Positions 26,170-35,100 of a stretch of 38,339 nucleotides of DNA are shown in pieces. Made by a program: the position numbers and the translations under genes. The stretch's first letter is position 1; the number at the start of each line of letters is the position of its first letter. The notes beneath the pieces are model-generated. The model did not search any database. It worked only from the letters and a program-made list of their open reading frames with translations, and had not been told where the DNA came from. Origin of the DNA: Fibrobacteria bacterium (GTDB lineage Bacteria > Fibrobacterota > Fibrobacteria > UBA11236); contig JAYTHY010000034.1 of the NCBI GenBank assembly GCA_043732185.1, forward strand, positions 1 through 38,339, in the 5' to 3' direction.

Positions 26170-29100
26170 TCATTTCCCGGTAAACCGAATTTGATCAAAT
26201 TGAATTTGTCCTTCAATCTCAGGCAAATCCACTTCCAGATAAATTCTAAAATCACTCAGCGCCTTGCCTTTAAATTTGGCCAACAAAGACTTGGGCACGG
26301 TATATCGGAAAATCTGGTACCCATTTTCACTGGCTCCTGCAAAGGATAAGCGTGCCGCTAAGCTTCGGCATACGCCTATAGATCGGGCATCTAAATACAC
26401 ACGCATTTCACCTTTCCACGGTTTAGAGGATAATCCAGACGGTAATTGTACGCTGATTTCGCCCACTGAATCGACGCCTGAATAATTCATCATGGCACTA
26501 TTCAAATCATGGGTGTGGTGATGATGAGGGTGCCGCTTGCAATTACCAGACGCATACAATTGTACGGCCAAGGCATAAACCCCTTCGGCGGGTTGTGGAA
26601 ACAAGGAAATCGAATCGGAATGGCTGGTCCATCCGCCTTCACTTTCGAAATTGAGGACATCATAGGCCGACAATCGATTGGTGAATTCTTTGCCCTCGGG
26701 CAAGAAATGGATATTATCGAGCAAATAAACGGCTTTCGCTTCCGGCACTAGGACATTCAAGGTTAAACGCGCATCGGCATGCGGCTTGGATTTGAGTTTG
26801 TTCCACACGTCGCAAGGAATATTCCAGTGCAAGGTTTGAAAACTACCTTGGGGCAAGTCGCGGAATTGAACTTCCCCTAAATGCACTTCCCGCATGCGCA
26901 AAGAAGGCACATTGAGATCCACCTCCAGTTCACCCCGATTTTTGGAAGAACGCGGACCAAAGGGAATATTGACATCAATTTGCATTTTAGGGCCCAGAGG
27001 TCTCGCTGCCAAAGGCGAACTGACCAGTCGAACTTCATCGCAGCGATTAGAAATCGGTAAAGACCAAAGCCCATTGGTGCGGTTTGAGTCTAATCGAGGC
27101 GGCGTGAAATTGAAACTCCATAATTTCACGTTTTCAAAACTCAATAGCGAATCCACGATTTGTTCGTCCGGTTTTGGCAAAGTATCGCCAAAAGGCTTCA
27201 CGCCTTGGGAACCGGTTTTCAATAGTTCATATTCCAATCGTATCCAAGCCGAAGTCCGCGGTAATAAGGAAATTCTGGCTTCGTCTATCCCGCCCACAAA
27301 TCCCGTCGAATCGGGTGTACTGCCGAAAAAGAATGAAGACGTATCCGCTCCAAATTCAAAACCTGGAGAAAAAACACCGGTACCAAAAGATCGGCCATTC
27401 ACATAAATACGGCCATCCGGATATTGATTGCGATCAAATACATAGGCCAAATGGTTCCAGCCCCAAGCTAATTTTGCCGGTACGGTCGTTTTTTGGTTTT
27501 CGATTTGCATGGAAATACGGGTAGAATCCAGCGAAGCGCTCCATATTCCATTTTCAGCTTTGGTTTCGCGATGGAACCATTCACCCTTCGCACGATGCAA
27601 AGAATCGGTATAGACCCAAGCGGAAAGCGTAAAGGCGTTGTCGATAGCCAGAGACGGGTTGAAGGGTACGCGCATCCCTACCCCAGGGCTACTGGATAAA
27701 AACCCTTCACCGGTTACCCCCTTAAACCCGGCCGCGCCGAAAACGGCGCCGTCATTGCCATAGCCTGACACATCATGGGCTGACAATTCACGATTGAAAT
27801 GCCACCAACCATTAAGGCCATTGGGAGCATACTCTGCATAATTGCGCGCATAGTCCGCCTCAGGTTTATTGCCCCAATGCAAGGTGAAGTACATATCTTG
27901 ACCGGCTTTTAAAGAGGGGAAACCAATCCACAATGTCGCTTCATTTTCATTGGGACGGTAATACTCCACATGCTGGGGCAGCACCTTGCCATCGGGTAGA
28001 GTGACATAGAGGTCGGAACCATCTTCTTGGGTGCCAAAAAAATTGAAGCCCCCCAAGGAATCATTTTTGAGCTTTAACGGTACCGGAAATCCCGTCAAGG
28101 TTCCATCAATGAAACTGCCGTCGAGTTTGAAATTTTGGAACCTTCGCAGGAACAAAGGCGGCTGCGACCAGGTTAAAATGGTTGTATTACCCACCTCATC
28201 ACGTACCTCTAAAACCAGGCGTAGACTATCACCAAGGTGAGCAGAAAATTGTGCTCCGGTAACGAAAATATTTATGGTTTCGTTTGGACTTGTAAAATAC
28301 TCATGGCTTATTTTCTCGTTGCCTAAATAAGTACTGAGTACTCCAAATGGATCTCCTTGAAGATCGTTCATAGCCACGTTGGCAGTTAAAGTGCCTCCCG
28401 TGCCAATGGTATGAAAAGCAACCTGCAAATCGACTAGCGGCGGGGTGTGATCGACCCAAAAATCAGGACCAGCAACACTGGCGAATTCACCGCTTAAGTC
28501 TCTGGCCTCTAGGATACTTTGATAATGTCCTTCTTCTAATAGTGCTCCCCATTCCGAAGGAATATTGGCATACCCCATTTGTGAGGCGGGCAAAGTTCCG
28601 GGAAAATCAAGACTACCGATGTTCAATCCAAAGCGGTAAAAACGAACGGTCATGTGCATGGCTTGACCGGCCGCATAGGTTATGAAGGGTCTATTTTGAG
28701 ACTCTGAGCCCAGGGGAATGATACTTGCTCCCAAGTAGGAAAAAGACATCGGTTGAACCAGTTCAAGGGTTTGCTGCCGAATCTTGCTGTCTCCGAAGGC
28801 AAAGGCAAAAACATGATAGACTCCCGTTTTTCCGGGTAATTGGATTTGCCCTGTAAGCCCGGCTGAATCGGTGACGAAACCTGAAGTTTCAAGGGCTTGC
28901 GGAGGAGTCGCATCCTCAGCATCGGCGAATATGGAGTCGTCATCAAGATATAGGCGCACGGCCCCCATGGGCAGGCCAGTAACCCTAATATTACGCAGGC
29001 TGTCCGACGAAATTTGTGGTAGGGCCGTTAGCGTAAAGTTAACCGCTTGAGCATGAGAGGCATCGAGAACCAAGAAATGACTGAAACTGGTGGCCGTCCC

Positions 29101-32100
29101 GCTAATGTCCACGATATTCCACAAATTCGAAGTGCAAACCGCATCGGGCGTTTCCGCACAAATACGCACATTATCGTTATAAAAGGCAAAGCGCGTTTGC
29201 TCTAACGGAACCAAATTTTCACCATCGGGTTTATAAATCTTTAAGCTGGCTAAGTTTAAGCTGCCGACTTGCGCCCGTGTAAGGCGAATATGCACCTGCG
29301 GTAGCGGCTTGCTGGGATCAAAAACCAAGGAAGGTTTTACTTCGATCACCGGGCCAATCACGGACAATTGATTGGTTTGCGCCAAACCGGTTTCCGTGAG
29401 ATTGGAAAGTCGCACGGTAAAAAACAGGGAGTCGGGTACCACACCCGGTTCAAAATGCACGGAGGCATCCCCATACAATGATGTAATATCACGACCTGCA
29501 TTCACCGGCTCGCCGATTTGAAGGTCCAATTTACGATAGGTGATACTATCACCGCCTTGGCGTTGGGTTAAAAAGAGGCTGGTTTTGCCCTGTAAGGTTT
29601 TAATGTCAAAAAAAGCACGCGGCGACAAAATCCCCGCACCATTACCGGAAAAGGCATTGCGCAAATTGCCCTGGACGTCCAGATAAGAAACGTCAAAGGA
29701 GCCCTTCGCATTGGTAAGCAAGGTGATCAATTCTTTGGATTTTTTCAGCGGGGACGTGCGTGTAACAACAACTGGAGTAGCGGCAGGGTTACCAAAAGAG
29801 GTACCTACGGTGGCGGTAAACCCTTCATCATGAGAGCTTCCATCGGGATAAAAAAGTTGGGGATTGAAATTCAAATTCGATATTTTGGAATTATAGACCA
29901 CGCTATTATCGGGACGCTCTTGAAACAAGGCCGCCGTATCATGTGACAGTTGGGCCATGGAAGGGCGATACAAATCACGAAAGAGTTCATAAGTGCTACT
30001 TAAGGCCTGAGGCGGAAAAATCTGTTTGGCCACCATGGCCCCGCGTGGATCTTCGGCAATAAGATGATCCCCATCGGCATCATTGGCATTGAGACCGTCT
30101 TCGTCCACTATCCCATCTTGATCCAGATCTCGGCCCCGTAAACCTGGATCCTCAACACCTGACCATGCGCGAGATGAGCCACCGGTAAAATGCATGGCAT
30201 TTTGGCCTGCCACGCTGATTTCCGTATAGGGGAGACCGGTGGGAAGCAATTGAATCGGTACTGCGGACGTGATATTCACATTTTGTCCGAATTTTTCCGA
30301 GCCTTGCTGGTTGGAGTAGGCTCCCCCGGTTTTACGAAAGTATTCGATATCGTCATAGAAAAACTCACTTCCTAAACCGGAAACTAAGGTGCGAGTGAGT
30401 GGAGTCAATATATTTTGCCCCGTCACCACACTTGGCGGCAAGGATTTGGGGGAAACAAAGGCCGGGTCTAGGGGAGTACGATAGCAGCCGGCGGCATCCA
30501 CATAGGCGCTACCTGGTTGCAGAAAGGGCGTCAGTCCATTGACTTCTGCGAGATTATCGCCAATGCCAAACCGCAGATTAGAGGTGGCCGGATAATACTC
30601 ACGACGGTATTTGATTTCGGAGCCGGCTTGCGAAGGCCTGTCTAATGGCTGTGACAAGGGCCAAGGTAAGGAGTCGCTCCGACCCGATAAGGTGCTGTAT
30701 TCCTCTGGTTTGGCTTTCAAGGCAAGTTCAAAGTGGTAATTTCGGAAACGAACCAATCCCGGTACGTCTACAAACAATAAGCTGGATATCTGTTGAGAAT
30801 GGCCTGTCCAAGCATGATCACGGCTATTCCACTCGCCTAATAAAGAATCGGATGCAGACTGAGAGCAAACCGCTTGAGTCGCATTAAACAGATTGAACGT
30901 ATTCAAACACGTAGATTTGGTAAGGCGTAAAACAAATTTTGAGCTTCCACCCATCTCCGGGTTGTTGTTAAATCCAAATTTTAAGCGCGTTCCCATATCT
31001 TGATGATCATCCGGACCAAAGGAAAGAGGGCCGTATTGTGCATATTGATTTCCCGAACCGGGGGTATTGACAAAAGCAGCCTGGCTAAATGGCAACCAGC
31101 TGAATATTTGCTTTTCAAATGGCGTAATGTACCCATTGTAATCGAGGGCGCCATCTTGTCTTGCACCACTGTGATTGTCTTTTCCGTCCTTCATGAAATA
31201 GCCATTACTGGCGTCATACAAAAATGCATTGGCCGGATCCCAACGCATGGACCGACTAGCTAAATTGTTATAGCCGAAAGGTGGATTCCAATACACATCC
31301 GGAACACGAAGTTTAAGTCTAAAACCAAGGCGTGTGTGATTATGGTCAGGGGTGCACAAAGTGGGATCTTCGTTATTATATGGGAATCCCCCAGGAGTGG
31401 AAGGCTCAATATTATATTCCACTAAATTGTCATGGGGGTCATAAGCATTTATTCCATCCGCGCAGCGATCGCCTTTGTCAAATATTTGATTGCCATTACT
31501 ATCCAAACCGGGATGATCGCCTTTGGTTGGATCAGTGATAAAGCCACAATTGGCATCGGGTCCAGGAAGTGGAGTCGATGGAACTAACTGCGTTTTGCGA
31601 AACCAGGAACCGACGGCTGGGTAAGACGCTGCGCTACCATTGGGATTTGATGTCCAGCTACCATTCGAATACACTGGCCCAAACTGAATGATTTGAGAGT
31701 CGAAAAGTTGGATGTCATAGGCTACATAAAGAGCACCAAGCTTTTTATCAACATACTGTTGAGGGGTTGTTATTGGCGGTAATCCCTGAGAACCCGGTAG
31801 CAAATAAAACGACACTGTTCTCTCTAAATCGGGAGCACAACTCGCTTCGCGACATCTAAAGACATAGGATTCACTTTCAGGAGAATAAATAAAATCCGGT
31901 AAGGTTATGGGCTGGCCCTTTTTAAAAGTAAGCGGAATAACAAAAAATCTTTCCATATACACGCTTGCACTTTGACAGGTTGGATGCCAAAATGAATTCC
32001 AATAATTTTTCAATCGTGATTGGAATTTCCCCACTAAAATCACATTGAACTCATCGCGCGTCCGCTGCATCCACACATTAAATCGTTGTGCGTCATAGGC

Positions 32101-35100
32101 CAGAGCTTTTTGTTTGCCCTGATACTGCACTTGATAATTGATTTGAGTCGCATCGGCGATTTGTCCCATAGGCTCCGCGGCCAAGGTAAATTTCGGCAAG
32201 GCCTTGACATAGGTTTGGGATCCAAAGGTATGGCCCTCATCTTCAGGGACTCGTAGCACAAGCGAGGTATCTTCGCGCCAATGGGCCGATTGCACCGAAA
32301 AGCTCATCGAGTCGCGCGCGGAAAGGGGCGTGGATTTTCCGGGAGTCGGACGTGCGGAAACAAAAAACTGCAAGGTTTGCCCGGCGGAAATAAGTTGCGC
32401 GCCACTTTGATCGCGCAATAGCCCGTTCCAATTCAGTGAATATTCGCTGGGTCTTGGCTGATGTAATGAATCGCTGAAAAAGGTGATTAAAGTATCGCCA
32501 TTTTGTTTACGCACTCCGGCAGTTAAATACGCCGGATTGCCGAATAGTTTATACAACAAGGTGATGCGGGATAAATCCGATCCCGGCTGCCACAAGAAAA
32601 CCGATGGGTCGGTTGAAACGGATAAGGAATCCGGCACCTTGCCGATAACGAAAGTCGACTCCGCTTCGCGGACTTGTCCACTTTGCGCATCGCGAATCGT
32701 CGCTTTTAATTGGGCTATACCTGAAGCGGGGTACATGCCATTTTGCCGCAAACCATCCCAAATCGTGGTGAATGCATATGGAGCGGGATTAATCACAAAA
32801 CTGGGTACAATGGAAGCCGGGGCGCCCGGTTCAGGGTGGTTGAAGATCAAGGTTCGGCTTTGCCCCGCAAAAAAGCTTGTGGCTTCAAGTAAAGGAGACG
32901 CAGTATCCGCGGCCGAAATGGGCGTGCGCGCCTTGAGGATGATGAGCCCCGCGCGCGTGGGTAAAGTAAAAATGGCCGCGCCACTGGCCCCTTTCGCAAT
33001 CGTGACTTGTAAGATACGGTTATATGCCAATGCTGGTTCATCGGGGAAATCCACACTGCCTTTGTTCACGGAAAGGTCCTGACACTGCAATCCCCCGCTG
33101 CATTGCAGTGGCATTGCCGCTACACCAAAGTATTGCAGCAGGAATTTGAGCGAATCGGGCGCCTTAGAAACTTGCAAGGTCCATTTTAGGTCGACGCCAT
33201 TCCATAAATATACCCCAGCTATATCCTTATTATTGGGTTCACCGGCAAAAGGGGAAACCTTAACCGCTTCTTTAGGTTGATCCAGCAATATATTGCCAGC
33301 CGCATCGGTCAGGGTGAGGTTAGCGGCGTATATCTGTTCGGGTTTCGGCGTGGAGCCAATTGGGCCTTGCTGCAAAGTCACGCCAAAGCTTACCGGTCCT
33401 GATCGTGGGGCATAAACGACAGGAACATTACCCAAGGTCGCCTTGAAATCGACAAAACTTGATTCGGGAGTCGTGATTTGAACTTCCACCGTATCGGCTT
33501 GCATAGAATCTGTTGACGCAGCGGTGCGTAAGACCAATTGATAGGATTCTCCCTTCACTAGTCCCGTAACATCCCAAGTTGCTAATGAGCCGATGAAAGA
33601 TTGAGCGATTAGGGACCGATTCGCTTGGCCGCCAGGTCCGCGCCGTGTTTCTGGAACGCTAATTCCACTATTCCTCCAAGTACTATCACCCAGTTTCCGA
33701 TAGGCCAATTCATAATAACTGAAGCTGCCCGTGAGACTGGGGTTTTCTGCCAAGCCCATAATCCCGACATGTCCAAATACCGGTACATCCGCAACCGGGG
33801 AGGTTATTTTTGGCGGACGCACATCCAGCCAAATATCACCCGTTGCGTGCGTGGTATTTCCTACAGCATCACTTACCGTCAGTTCAACGGCCCAACGGCC
33901 TTTATAGGATGCCCAAGGTATGGTAGTCGGCAAGGCGGCTCGGAATCGATTGCGTTCTCCGGTTATGGGGACCCAAGTGGGTGTCAATACATATTCCCCC
34001 GCCGGCGACTTCACCTTGAGTTGGGTTCTAGCCACAAACTTTCCCGTATCGGTTTCACGATTTTCAGGGGCATCGAAGGCTTCGTCAACTTGCCAGGTAA
34101 TGGCGGCTGCTGAAGCTGGATGCTGTGAATCAAAGGTTTGTGGACTGGAAACCAAATTCAGTACTCGCGGCGCGGCGCGATCAATACGAAAATTGTAGGT
34201 CGAATCCGAAAAGCTTTGCGCGTTTTTCGCAGCATCGGTAACCTGCACGGCGAAAGTGTAGACTCCATCAGCAAACAAAGACATAGGTGGTTCATCCACC
34301 GTGAGCAGTGGCGCGGAGGACAAGGTTTCACTTTGCAGGGAGTGACGTGTTTCAAACGTTTGCAAAACTTCGGGTGTACCGAAACCTTTTCGGGTTAACT
34401 GCCATCTCACCGTGGCGGAATCGCGAGGGGCTAAATCCGATAAATGAAACCTAAAGGCTTGGTAATCGCCGCTTTTTATCAAAGCAGCGTGCGCGGTCAA
34501 CTGGAATTCTGGCTTATGCCGATCGAGATAAAAGGCGCTATCTGCTTCGGCAAAATGAAACCCTGGCTGGCTTTGCAAGCTATTCCATACGGAATCAAAC
34601 TCCGACGTCACCTTGCCTTCTTTTGCCGGAAGCGAAGGATACAGATTGAGGAGAGCCTGAACCGTATGCAACCCCGCGGAATCCGGTACCGCAGCGTCAC
34701 GAGCGCTTAAATGAAATCGGTATTCGCCATCTGGCAAAGCGTTTCCATCTGCATCAACACCCTGAAAAGCAAAAGCGCTGGATTGGCCTCCCACATGGGC
34801 CATGGGCTTAAATTCATACTGCACCAGACCCGTTTTATCGCGCACCTGGGCGCGGAGGTTTTGTAATTCTTGTACGGGAGCATCGTCAAAGGTATAACGC
34901 AAAAATAGTGGGGAATTATCGGGATTAACGGGAATCGTTGGCGCCCCCAAAGCTAAAATGGGTAAGGCGGTATCTAAGGTAAAAGGAATACGCCGGATTT
35001 CATGGGCGCCTTGAGTGACGCGCCCCAAGCTGTCTAGGCGTCGCGTGGTGGCCGTGATTTCCAGCCATAAATTCCCCTTCTTCGATAAGCTGCCACTGGC

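Noticed and set aside
25935..26183. 62-aa and 82-aa ORFs between the giant gene and virB2
   Set aside because: No properly spaced RBS and no recognisable features; treated as intergenic.
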